Shown: positions 1 to 10,290, numbered from the stretch's first letter. The stretch is 64,000 nt of DNA from Nitrospirota bacterium (GCA_035623825.1 DASPSR010000020.1:1-64000); one strand, 5' to 3'. The notes: a model not told the origin generated them from the letters alone. Numbers and translations are program-made.

Positions 1-501
1 CCCGGCAAGACCCTGCGCCCGGTAAGACGACGTGCTGTCAGAATCCCTACCGTAGCATGCGTTACCAGATGTATGCTTTGCCACAATAACGTAGGCGGTG
101 TTGTTGACTGCAGGCGCTCCAGGGGCAGTGCCGGATACACCGATAATAACACTATTGCTAACAGAAAATCCAGCCGTACCCCGCCCATTAGACAGATAGG
201 CACCAGTAACATTAGCTGTGGCCGGGTTTAACGGTCCGGAGACGATAGCTGCAGTGCCGTTGGCGGCTCCCGTTGTTGCCGGCAGCGTATTAGAAACAGC
301 ATCTCCGTACGCCTGCGTATCAGCAAACAGGGCCTCCTGGGTCGTTGCAAGGTTCCTTGCGTCAGAGTTGGCGGAAGCGTTAAATCCCCTGATCCGGTAT
401 GCCGAGAACTGCGGGATGGCGATGGCCGCCAGGATTGCGATAATGGCAACCACGATCAACAATTCGATAAGGGTAAAACCTTTCTGATTTATCTTAATCA
501 T
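1..501 (-). CDS. pilA: Type IVa major pilin, 3' end outside window
   Basis: Manual translation from ATG at 501: MIKINQKG|FTLIELLIVVAIIAILAAIAIPQFSAYRIRGFNASANSDARNLATTQEALFADTQAY. G|FTLIE prepilin cleavage motif, SD GGGAGG, frame open to base 1. Not in the ORF track because it has no stop in the window. Confidence 0.95.
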   Translation of the reverse strand, partial: MIKINQKGFTLIELLIVVAIIAILAAIAIPQFSAYRIRGFNASANSDARNLATTQEALFADTQAYGDAVSNTLPATTGAANGTAAIVSGPLNPATANVTGAYLSNGRGTAGFSVSNSVIIGVSGTAPGAPAVNNTAYVIVAKHTSGNACYGRDSDSTSSYRAQGLAG

Positions 502-643
502 TTTATGTCCTCCCATAATTCTTTCAATTTATACCACTTATACCACTACTTCCTTTGATTAGAATGGAATGCTTTTTACCTCTTATGGGTAGCCTCACCT
601 CCTCTCATAGGTATCAAGCATTTTCAGTACTGTTCCTATCGAT

Positions 644-659
644 TGCAGGATGCATGCCA
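644..659 (-). promoter_or_regulatory. Sigma-54 (-24/-12) promoter of pilA
   Basis: Minus strand reads TGGCATGCATCCTGCA, i.e. GG-N10-GC, about 140 bp upstream of pilA. pilA genes are typically RpoN/PilR dependent. Confidence 0.8.
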
Positions 660-702
660 TCACATCTTTATAATTATTTCAAAGCATTACTACTACAGCT
701 GG

Positions 703-757
703 TGACAAATTGTGAAAATAATATGTCAATTTTCAGTATGAATGACAAAAAATGTCA
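703..757. promoter_or_regulatory. Candidate PilR-type upstream activator sites
   Basis: Palindrome TGACA-AAAAA-TGTCA at 743-757, plus half sites TGACA (703) and TGTCA (724), 45-100 bp upstream of the sigma-54 promoter. Confidence 0.55.
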
Positions 758-770
758 GCTGCTACCATTC

Positions 771-799
771 TTGACATTCCACGGGGCAGGTGGTAGCAT
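771..799 (+). promoter_or_regulatory. Sigma-70 promoter of the mqn cluster
   Basis: TTGACA-17 bp-TAGCAT with extended TG. Supports the ATG at 817 rather than 790. Confidence 0.6.
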
Positions 800-816
800 C
801 TGCTCACTATCCGGTC

Positions 817-2067
817 ATGATAATCACTGCACACAAGCTGATCACCTTGCGGGACAATGCACTAACTGTAAACCACGGTGCTGTTGCATTCAGCCGTGGA
901 ACCATTCTCGACACAGGTACGACTGAAAGAATACTGAAGAAGTACCCTGCATACAGGGTGTACCGCTTAGAGAACACCATTCTCATGCCCGGACTCATCA
1001 ATGTCCACGCGCACCTCGAACTCCCTCCGCTCCTCGATGACATACGGGCTAGATCATTCCCTGATTGGGTTCTGAACCTGATACGGGTTAAGAAAAAACT
1101 AGATAAGACAGCGTATACAATCGCGGCCAAACAGAATGTCCGATTGCTGATACAGAGCGGCACAACTACCGTCGGCGAGATCTGCACCCACGGCGTCAGC
1201 CCCGGTGTCCTCAAACAGAGCGGCTTACGAGCCACCATTTATAAAGAAATAATCAGTATGCATCCGTCCGCGCTCGTCTCTCCTCACTCGTCCTTCGCTG
1301 CTCGTTCCTTGTCAAGCCTGATACAAACCGGCATCTCACCTCATGCACCGTATACGGTTTCAGAGGCGGCACTACGTCATATAAAAAAAATCTCCCCCCC
1401 CCAAAAAACACGTCTCTGTATGCACGTGGCAGAATCAAAGGACGAAATCAGGTTGATGCGAGGTGAGAAAAGCGGTTTTGAAAAACTCTACCAAGCAGTT
1501 GGCTGGAAGGCATCATGGGCTCCGTCCGCTGGTTCTCCGTTCGAGTTTCTTCAAAGGCTTGGTCTGCTTGGTCCAAATTTCCTCGCCGTACACTGCGTCC
1601 AGGTTACGGACAAGGACATCAGTCTCATAAGGAAATTTGGAGTCCCTGTTGCGCATTGCCCCAGAAGCAACAATGAGACGGGCGTAGGGAAGATGCCCTT
1701 GAAGAAGTTTCTTGATGCAGGCATCGTTGTCGGACTTGGTACGGACAGCCTGGCAAGCGCGCCGAGCCTCAATCTGTGGGATGAGATGCGGTATACGTAC
1801 CGCATACACCGTTCCTCCGGAATAGCGGCCCGAGATGTCGTCATGCTTGCAACAAAGGGCGGGGCAAAGGCGCTCGGCATGTTCGATGCGGTCGGTTCGA
1901 TCGAACCAGGCAAACGGGCGGATATCATCGCCGTTCCGCTCCCTGAGAAAGATACCGGGGACATCTATTCTGACTTGCTCAGAGAAACGAAATCCTGTAT
2001 TATGTCCGTCGTAAACGGAAAGATTCTGCACAAGGAGCAAAGTGCTGTTCCGGAACCAATCTGGTGA
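817..2067 (+). CDS. Metal-dependent amidohydrolase, probable aminodeoxyfutalosine deaminase (MTA/SAH deaminase family)
   Basis: HAHLE, HVAES, AVHCV and GTDSLAS motifs; lies upstream of mqnE and mqnC. Confidence 0.75.
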   Translation: MIITAHKLITLRDNALTVNHGAVAFSRGTILDTGTTERILKKYPAYRVYRLENTILMPGLINVHAHLELPPLLDDIRARSFPDWVLNLIRVKKKLDKTAYTIAAKQNVRLLIQSGTTTVGEICTHGVSPGVLKQSGLRATIYKEIISMHPSALVSPHSSFAARSLSSLIQTGISPHAPYTVSEAALRHIKKISPPQKTRLCMHVAESKDEIRLMRGEKSGFEKLYQAVGWKASWAPSAGSPFEFLQRLGLLGPNFLAVHCVQVTDKDISLIRKFGVPVAHCPRSNNETGVGKMPLKKFLDAGIVVGLGTDSLASAPSLNLWDEMRYTYRIHRSSGIAARDVVMLATKGGAKALGMFDAVGSIEPGKRADIIAVPLPEKDTGDIYSDLLRETKSCIMSVVNGKILHKEQSAVPEPIW

Positions 2068-2081
2068 CAACAGGAGGAAAG

Positions 2082-2387
2082 ATGAAGCTATTATATCGAC
2101 AATCATGCATGATGCTCGGCTTTGCGCTCGTCCTCGCTGCCTGCACTGACGAGAAGAATCCCGCGCAGCAGTACGGCAATTCCATGGTGCAGACGTACAA
2201 GAACGTTCAGAAGATCGAGAAAAAAGTGGATCTTCAGCAAGCGCAGAAGTCCGTTCAGGAATTTTATGCCGCCAACGGCAGGTACCCTGCAGATCTCAAG
2301 GAACTTTCGGGATTCAGCGGCCTTCCCCTGGACGCCGAACAATATGACTATAATGCATCAAGCGGCGTGTTGACCTCGAAACAATGA
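2082..2387 (+). CDS. Small lipoprotein of unknown function
   Basis: SD AGGAGG before ATG 2082; hydrophobic signal peptide with lipobox LAA-C. Confidence 0.7.
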   Translation: MKLLYRQSCMMLGFALVLAACTDEKNPAQQYGNSMVQTYKNVQKIEKKVDLQQAQKSVQEFYAANGRYPADLKELSGFSGLPLDAEQYDYNASSGVLTSKQ

Positions 2388-2406
2388 GTCCGGCAATCCT
2401 GCTTTC

Positions 2407-3510
<1,104 letters not shown>

Positions 3511-3591
3511 TGGAACTACAGCTCTACATCGAGGGTCGTTGCCAAGTACCATCAGGTATCATCCGAGAGATTTTGGCCAAAGATTAATAGG

Positions 3592-4680
3592 ATGAACACC
3601 AATATAAAGAGAATAGTAGCCAAAGCGAAAAAAGGCAAGCGAATCGAAAAAGAAGAGGGTCTTGTGCTTTACAAGGATGCCGACCTCCTGACCCTCGGAG
3701 AACTTGCGAACAGCGTGCGCAAGAGACTGCATCCCGAGCATCTAGTGACGTTCATCGTCGACCGCAATATCAACTATACAAATGTCTGCGTTAATAAATG
3801 CAAGTTCTGCGCATTCTACCGGGAAGCAGACAGCACCGAAGCCTACCTTCTGTCAAAAGAGGAAATATTCCGAAAGATCGAGGAGACGGTCGAACAGAAT
3901 GGCACCCAAATACTCATGCAGGGCGGCGTTCATCCTGATCTCGGTCTAGCATATTTCGAGGATCTTTTCTCCTCCATCAAGTCCCGGTTCACCATCCAGA
4001 TCCATTCGCTCTCGCCGGCGGAAATATCATTCATTGCAAAGAAGGCTGATCTGACCGTCACGGACACCTTAAAACGCCTGAAGGCATCTGGGCTTGATTC
4101 CATTCCCGGCGGAGGCGCCGAGATACTTGTGGACCGCGTCAGGAAAAAGGTGAGTCCGAACAAGATCCGTTGGCGGCAATGGGCCGATGTCATGAAAGCA
4201 GCTCACCGGCTTGGCATGCCGACGACAGCAACCATGATGTTCGGAAGCCTCGAGACGCAGAAAGAGATCGTTGAACACTTAGTAAGGCTCAGGGATATTC
4301 AGGACGAGACAAGGGGTTTCACTGCATTCATACCATGGACATACCAGCCAGGCAATACAGAACTAGGAGGGAGATCAGCAACGGCCGTAGAATATCTCAA
4401 GACACTCTCCCTCTCACGAATCATGCTGGACAATTTTCAAAATATTCAAGCCTCGTGGGTAACACAGGGCGCTAAAATAGCCCAAGTAGCATTGGAGTTT
4501 GGAGCAAACGACTTTGGTAGCACGATGATAGAGGAAAACGTTGTAGCGGCGGCAGGAATCACGTTCAGAATGACGAGACAGGAGATCGTTCATCTCATAC
4601 AAGATGCAGGATATGCAGCTGCACAACGCGACACGAGATACAATATCTTAAAGAGAGAAGATATTGAAATCAGAAAATGA
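3592..4680 (+). CDS. mqnC: Cyclic dehypoxanthinyl futalosine synthase (radical SAM)
   Basis: DRNINYTNVCVNKCKFC, LMQGGVHP, NIQASWVTQG, NDFGSTMIEENV motifs. Confidence 0.92.
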   Translation: MNTNIKRIVAKAKKGKRIEKEEGLVLYKDADLLTLGELANSVRKRLHPEHLVTFIVDRNINYTNVCVNKCKFCAFYREADSTEAYLLSKEEIFRKIEETVEQNGTQILMQGGVHPDLGLAYFEDLFSSIKSRFTIQIHSLSPAEISFIAKKADLTVTDTLKRLKASGLDSIPGGGAEILVDRVRKKVSPNKIRWRQWADVMKAAHRLGMPTTATMMFGSLETQKEIVEHLVRLRDIQDETRGFTAFIPWTYQPGNTELGGRSATAVEYLKTLSLSRIMLDNFQNIQASWVTQGAKIAQVALEFGANDFGSTMIEENVVAAAGITFRMTRQEIVHLIQDAGYAAAQRDTRYNILKREDIEIRK

Positions 4681-4730
4681 GAGCTCGGAAAAATCGTAAC
4701 GCCAGATTAGAATTTTTGTGACACTGAATG

Positions 4731-4950
4731 TGTTGAATTAATTTTTTTAAAGAGTTGGCTGTTATAGTTTTGTCAACAGCGTTCGAAAAAGAAAACTTTA
4801 TATAAGCTGAATACTTATCGGCCCTTTACACAAAATCTGTTGAAAACCTGTTATTAACTCTGTTAATATCATTTTTTTAAATACGCTCTCCATACCGAAT
4901 ATGCAAATTGCACAAAAAATGACCATATAAAAATAAATAAAAATAATAAG
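4731..4950. other. AT-rich spacer with a cluster of DnaA-box-like 9-mers (candidate oriC or DnaA-binding locus)
   Basis: CTTTACACA (4824), TGTTGAAAA (4838), TGTTATTAA (4849), TGTTAATAT (4861), TTGTCAACA (4770), TGTTGAATT (4731), followed by an A/T run at about 4915-4950. Confidence 0.4.
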
Positions 4951-6225
4951 TTATAAAATTTCTGAAAAAGTAAGGCCTTCCGAAGCCTGTGTTATTCGTA
5001 CCACAATCTCTCTGCTAATATGCTCCTTTTTTGCGCCGGATATGCATACCCTTATGTAATTATCAGTGAGACCCGTATAGAGTCCTGTATATGCGTCTAT
5101 CTTGTCTTCAACCACTACTTTTAGCTCAGAACCAGTCCATTTTTTCCTGAAATTGGTATTTTTCCTCCTTCCGAGCATACGGAGCGTTTCGCTACGCTGT
5201 TTTTTCATCTGTTCCGACACCTGTGCTTTCATAGTCGCGGCGGGAGTGCCGGGCCGCGGTGAGTAAGAAAAAACATGCAGATGCGTCAGGGGAGATTCTT
5301 CCACAAGATCCACGGTACGTTGAAATTCCACGTCCCCTTCCCCGGGATAGCCTACGATGACATCTGCACCGAGAGCAGCGCCAGGGACTGATTGAGCGAT
5401 ATGCTCAAGCAACTCCCGGTAAAATAAAGCATCATAATCCCGATTCATGGAGGCGAGGACAGCGTCATCTCCGCTCTGGAGCGGAATATGAAGATGACGG
5501 CAGAGACCGTTGCCCAGCAGATCAATCATCCCTTCGGTGATTTCTTTTGGTTCGATCGAGCTCAATCGCAGACGCGATCCGCTCCGCTTATTCACCATTG
5601 TCCTGATCAATCCCGTCAGGTCAGGACCGTTCTCAAGATCGGCTCCGTACGTGCCTATATGGATGCCGGTAAGAACGATCTCGGAACAACCTGCCTGGAC
5701 GAGCCGTTCGAACTCGTCCATCACTTGTCGCGGGTCAGCGCTACGGGATCCACCCCGCGCCAGAGGTACGACGCAGTACGAGCACCTGTTGTTGCAGCCG
5801 TCCTGGATTTTCAAAAACCCCCGAGTTCTTCCGGTTATGGATTTGATCGGGCTTGTTGGGACCACTAGAACAGCCTGATTGGTTACGGCGGTCGTCTTCA
5901 TGATTTGTTCCGAGATTGCGGCCTTGTCGGCATTGCCTATAACGAGATCTACACCTCGGATCTTTCTGATCTCTTCAGGTCGTGTCGAAGCATAGCAGCC
6001 CGTGACCACTACTTTCGCGTCCTTGCCTCGGCGAACCGCCGATCGTATTGCCTGCCTGCATTGATAATCGCTCTTTGCGGTCACCGTGCAGGTATTGACG
6101 ACATAGACATCGGCTTCGGCATCGAAGGGCACAATGATGTTTCCTTGCGACACGAAATCCTGGCGCATCAGGTCCGTTTCATATTGGTTAATCTTGCAAC
6201 CAAGCGTCGTAATGGCTATTCGCAT
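4951..6225 (-). CDS. mtaB: tRNA t6A37 methylthiotransferase
   Basis: TLGCKINQYET, NTCTVT, KIQDGCNNRCSYC, RLRLSSIEP, HVFSYSPRPGT motifs. Confidence 0.93.
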   Translation of the reverse strand: MRIAITTLGCKINQYETDLMRQDFVSQGNIIVPFDAEADVYVVNTCTVTAKSDYQCRQAIRSAVRRGKDAKVVVTGCYASTRPEEIRKIRGVDLVIGNADKAAISEQIMKTTAVTNQAVLVVPTSPIKSITGRTRGFLKIQDGCNNRCSYCVVPLARGGSRSADPRQVMDEFERLVQAGCSEIVLTGIHIGTYGADLENGPDLTGLIRTMVNKRSGSRLRLSSIEPKEITEGMIDLLGNGLCRHLHIPLQSGDDAVLASMNRDYDALFYRELLEHIAQSVPGAALGADVIVGYPGEGDVEFQRTVDLVEESPLTHLHVFSYSPRPGTPAATMKAQVSEQMKKQRSETLRMLGRRKNTNFRKKWTGSELKVVVEDKIDAYTGLYTGLTDNYIRVCISGAKKEHISREIVVRITQASEGLTFSEIL

Positions 6226-7526
6226 ATCTCACCGCTTAAGGAGTTCACACCGGCAGCAGTAATCCTGATCGTTACGAGGGAGCCAATGAGGGAATGAGGA
6301 CCTTCGACATTCACAACCTTGTTTCCTCTTGTCCTGCCCGAAAGCTTTCCCCCCTTCTTGCTTTTCCCGTCAATAAGCACGTCCACGTGCATGCCGATAT
6401 AGGCTTTGTTTTTTTGAATGGTGATCTCTCGTTGCATGGCAAGGACTTCGGTCAACCTTGATTCCTTGACAGCTTCCGGAAGGTGCATGGGGAGTTTAAG
6501 TGCTGCTGTTCCCGGTCGTTTCGAGTATTTGAAAGCAAAGATGCCGTCATACCTTACTTCTTCGAGCAAATTCTTTGTCGCTTCAAAATCTTTTAGGTTT
6601 TCTCCCGGGAATCCGACTATTATATCAGTCGTGAGAGTGATCGACGGCACGGCATCCCGCAACTTTTTGACCTTGTTCAAATAGTCCGAACTGGTATACC
6701 GCCTGTTCATGATATGGAGGATATTGTCCGAACCGCTCTGAACCGGCAAATGTATGGACTCGCAGACGTTCGGCAGATCGCGCACAGCATTGATGAGCCC
6801 GTCCGACAGGTCCCGGGGGTGAGATGTTACGAACCTTATCCTCTCGAGATTCGGCACCTCGTTGACCATGCGCAAGAGCGTAGGGAAATCCACATCCTCT
6901 CCCAGTCCTTTCCCGTAGGAATTTACATTCTGGCCGAGAAGCGTAACCTCTTTATATCCCTGCCGTGCAAGCTCAGATACTTCATTCACGATATCTTCTG
7001 ATGGACGCGAGCGTTCCCTGCCACGAAGATACGGTACCACGCAGTACGTGCAAAAATTGTCGCAGCCGTACATGATAGAGACCCAGGCTTTCACTTTGTC
7101 GCCCCGTGCAGTCGGGATGCGCTTCCGGTGGTACTCAGGGTCTCCGGATGTATCGATCACGGGCGTGCGCCTCGAGAACGCCGTGTCAACCATCACGGAC
7201 AGTCTCGCGACGTCTGAGGGGCCGAACACCATATCGACGTAAGGCGCACGAGCAAGGATATTCGCGCCTTCCTGCTGAGCAATACAGCCCGCGACCGCGA
7301 TCTTCAGGTCCGGTTTTTCAGCCTTCAGCCGCTTTAGCCTTCCGAGTTCGCTGTAAAACTTCTGTTCCGCCTTTTCCCGTATGCTGCAGGTGTTTAATAT
7401 GACCATATCCGCATTTTCCGCGCCTGAAACAGGAGTGCAACCATGATGTTGGAGGATGCCGGTCATGCGCTCGGAATCATGTTCGTTCATCTGGCATCCG
7501 AAGGTAACAATATGGAATGATTTCAT
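6216..7526 (-). CDS. miaB: tRNA i6A37 methylthiotransferase
   Basis: TFGCQMNEHDSE, NTCSIREKAE, GCDNFCTYC, RFVTSHPRD, C-terminal TRAM domain. Confidence 0.95.
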   Translation of the reverse strand: MKSFHIVTFGCQMNEHDSERMTGILQHHGCTPVSGAENADMVILNTCSIREKAEQKFYSELGRLKRLKAEKPDLKIAVAGCIAQQEGANILARAPYVDMVFGPSDVARLSVMVDTAFSRRTPVIDTSGDPEYHRKRIPTARGDKVKAWVSIMYGCDNFCTYCVVPYLRGRERSRPSEDIVNEVSELARQGYKEVTLLGQNVNSYGKGLGEDVDFPTLLRMVNEVPNLERIRFVTSHPRDLSDGLINAVRDLPNVCESIHLPVQSGSDNILHIMNRRYTSSDYLNKVKKLRDAVPSITLTTDIIVGFPGENLKDFEATKNLLEEVRYDGIFAFKYSKRPGTAALKLPMHLPEAVKESRLTEVLAMQREITIQKNKAYIGMHVDVLIDGKSKKGGKLSGRTRGNKVVNVEGPHSLIGSLVTIRITAAGVNSLSGEICE

Positions 7527-7591
7527 GGCCGTATTATAATACGCAGCTGGGAGTTACACAACAGGTATCTTCTTGCGCGGGATAGTTGATG

Positions 7592-8398
7592 TCATTGCGG
7601 CTGGAGCATCACGCGGACGACCTCGCCTCTCTTTATTGAAAGTGAAGCGCGCGCGTTCTGCTTGAATATGAATATCTCAAGATAACCGGAGCTGTTGATG
7701 ACGGCACCTGGCTCTCCCGGCGCCGCCTCTGCATAAAATTTTTTTAGACCTTTGACCTCTTTGCCAGCAGCCGTTATGGAGAGGGGCCTGATATTTTCAC
7801 CTTCCGGTATCAAAGACTGAATATCCTCATATTGGATGTTCGTAATGCAGTTTCCGAACCGGTCGATATGGATAACATGACCCTCGATCCCATTTGACGT
7901 CTTCTTCGGGACCGGGACGTTCAATTTCATGTAGTCCTCGATCTCTTCTCCGAAATTGCGCGCCGGTATCCCCTTCGTGAGCGATGCAGCTACCGGCGCA
8001 AAGATGTCACGCCCGTGGAACGTCGGCCCCGGCTGGGGTAGGAAGTAATGGCTAGCGGTGATATGGTGGACCCTGATACGTTCAGCTTCCTGATAGATGA
8101 GACTGAACAACCCGTTGTCCGGGCCAACAAAATAGTAACTCTCCGTAACGGCTATGATGGGACGGCGACCGCTTCCGACGCCAGGATCGACGACAGCGAG
8201 GTGGACAGTGCCTTTCGGAAAATAGTGATAGGCTGTTTTAAGGGTAAAGGCGGCTTCCCATATGTCCTGCGGGCTTATTTCATGGGATATATCGACGATC
8301 TGCGCCTGGGGATTGATCCTTAAGATAGCCCCCTTCATGCTCGCCGCAAAAGAGTCCTTGCTGCCGAAATCACTCGTCAGAGTAATGATCGTTGTCAT
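7592..8398 (-). CDS. SAM hydroxide adenosyltransferase / chlorinase-fluorinase family (DUF62)
   Basis: ITLTSDFG, VVDPGVGS, FVGPDNG, TFHGRDIFAP, IDRFGN motifs. Start set at ATG 8398 from promoter position. Confidence 0.92.
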   Translation of the reverse strand: MTTIITLTSDFGSKDSFAASMKGAILRINPQAQIVDISHEISPQDIWEAAFTLKTAYHYFPKGTVHLAVVDPGVGSGRRPIIAVTESYYFVGPDNGLFSLIYQEAERIRVHHITASHYFLPQPGPTFHGRDIFAPVAASLTKGIPARNFGEEIEDYMKLNVPVPKKTSNGIEGHVIHIDRFGNCITNIQYEDIQSLIPEGENIRPLSITAAGKEVKGLKKFYAEAAPGEPGAVINSSGYLEIFIFKQNARASLSIKRGEVVRVMLQPQ

Positions 8399-8448
8399 CA
8401 AGCCCCCGGTACCGCTCCCGTAGTGACGGTAACGATAATTGTGAAAGC

Positions 8449-8477
8449 ATAATAGCAACCCCGATGGGCTTTGTCAA
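8449..8477 (-). promoter_or_regulatory. Sigma-70 promoter of the DUF62 gene
   Basis: TTGACA-17 bp-TATTAT with extended TG. Confidence 0.6.
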
Positions 8478-8781
8478 CCTGAAGCCTGTGAATGTATGGT
8501 AATTTCAGGTTTTGTAAGTAATGGGAAGTAATCTCTGCTTTATTTATTAATTGACACAACACCGAAAGGTCTCAATATATGTACTGAATACCGATGTTAT
8601 CGTTGAATTGATCACACCACAAATGACATTCCAAGCTATCATGATAGGCGCTGTACAGCTATTTAGTGAAAGCAGCTCGGAATCGCTTAATGCAATTATT
8701 TTCGAGGTACACCTAGCCAAGAGTGACGGCGCTTAAATAAACACGTCAGACAAGAAGAAATCTAGAGGAGGGGCACCCACC

Positions 8782-9810
8782 TCAGTCAGGCCGGGCTACG
8801 ATATCGAGATGCATTTTGTCATTTTGCAGCGAGCGCCAGAACTTCATAATCGTGTCAGGGTCAGAAGCCGGCATTATATTACCTGAAGGCTCGATGATTG
8901 AAAGTGAATATCCCTTCGTTGAAAGTTCGATCAAATAATCCTTCGGGGGAAGACCGCACCGGTGCTCAATATGCCAAGGGCTAAATTCGGTAACAATGAG
9001 AGGGCGATGCCGTTCAATAATCTTAGACATGCCACGCAAAGCGAAGGGTTCGAAGCCCTCGATATCCATCTTAAACATGTCGATACGCGACGTCCCCAGT
9101 AGAATTTGATCGATATCTATAGCTTGGACGTATTGCGCACATGCCTGCCCGGACGTTGGTGCTTCTAGGAAGCCGTTTGAGCCAAATGACTGGAGCCTCA
9201 GGATTTGTGGTGATAACGATGCTGCCAAAGGGAACACAAGGATGTTCTTCATCCCATTTTCAACGATACTGGCGAATAATAAGCGAAGATTATGCGCATT
9301 CGGCTCGAATGAAATGACCTTACCCGTGGTGCCTACTAAAGTCGCAGCCAGTAGAGAGAAATAACCGATATTAGCACCAAGATCAACAATTATGTGTCCT
9401 GGCTTGAGACTGTTCTTTAGAACAGAAGCGATATGGGGTTCGAATTGCTGCGACCCGATAATCTGTGCACCCACGTCTAGGTCGCTGGAACGGCAATATA
9501 ATTTGAACGAAGGCAGATGGACCAGGACTACATCATCGCGACTTCTGAGTTGGTCATACTCAAAACTTGCTTTGAGAGATTTCTCGATCTGCGCAACAGA
9601 AATTCCAGAGTTCAGCGATGCGTTCCAATGCAATAGTTCATCTTTGTTAGGCCTGCGCCCCATAATGCGGCCATAAATTTCAACAATCGTTTTTTCATTT
9701 GAGAGAAGAGTTGAGTGGCTTGTCACTGTTCCTATGATTAAACAAGCTATATTATTAAGACTCCTATAAAAAATATTACTGAGAGAATTGTATCGAATTT
9801 CTTTAATCAT
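8782..9810 (-). CDS. FkbM-family methyltransferase with a DUF4214-like N-terminal segment
   Basis: VDLGANIGYFS, FEPN, KMDIEGFE motifs; N-terminal YGRIMGRRP...W...SFEY pattern. Confidence 0.85.
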   Translation of the reverse strand: MIKEIRYNSLSNIFYRSLNNIACLIIGTVTSHSTLLSNEKTIVEIYGRIMGRRPNKDELLHWNASLNSGISVAQIEKSLKASFEYDQLRSRDDVVLVHLPSFKLYCRSSDLDVGAQIIGSQQFEPHIASVLKNSLKPGHIIVDLGANIGYFSLLAATLVGTTGKVISFEPNAHNLRLLFASIVENGMKNILVFPLAASLSPQILRLQSFGSNGFLEAPTSGQACAQYVQAIDIDQILLGTSRIDMFKMDIEGFEPFALRGMSKIIERHRPLIVTEFSPWHIEHRCGLPPKDYLIELSTKGYSLSIIEPSGNIMPASDPDTIMKFWRSLQNDKMHLDIVARPD

Positions 9811-10290
9811 TAAGCGGATCTCCTTTAATGATCAATTGATTTCCTATCACAGACTATAGGAAGGTAAAAGAGATAAAGTTTGAGCAAGGAATTTATTATT
9901 TTTTACCCTCACACTATTTATTCGGTATTAGCTATGGAAATCTTTAGAGAATACATGGCCGGTTCAGACAGATGTCTTCGATGTGATAGGATATTTACCG
10001 AGATTCAAGCTTTTGTTCTGACTAAGGACCTTTTTTGCGATTTCTTAAGAGACTTTTCCCCTCAGAGTACATGTGAGCCGAATGTTCTCATTCGGTGACA
10101 GATGCTTATATCGTGTTGGCATATACACTTAGGATGGCATAGCTACCCAAAGTGCTGCACTTCGCTATAGAACTTGCAATAATTATTGTCATTTGAAAAC
10201 TATTAAACGTCGAACCATAACGCAAAATCCACTTGGGATTAACGAATTATCACAATTTCTTGCCTTAATATTTATCGAAGCGATCGTGGC

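Noticed and set aside
218-487. Plus-strand 89-aa ORF and minus-strand 73-aa ORF (228-449)
   Set aside because: Antisense and out-of-frame shadows of the real pilA gene.
555-926. 123-aa ORF
   Set aside because: Overlaps the pilA/mqn promoter region and the deaminase start; no recognisable motif.
4681-4950. Possible dif site, since genes converge here
   Set aside because: No XerC/XerD-type 28-bp site with a TTATGTTAAAT-like arm was found.
7592-8398. DUF62 protein as a true fluorinase or chlorinase
   Set aside because: It keeps the TFHGRD His/Arg signature typical of SAM hydrolases and has no halometabolite gene context.
8551-8780. 61-aa ORF or possible sRNA/riboswitch (TTGACA, ACC-GAAA-GGT, palindrome CTATCATGATAG)
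   Set aside because: No match to any riboswitch consensus I can recognise, and the ORF has no SD or motif. An Rfam search would settle it.
9841-9862. Inverted repeat TTCCTAT-N8-ATAGGAA upstream of the FkbM gene
   Set aside because: Short, single occurrence in AT-rich DNA; could be chance.
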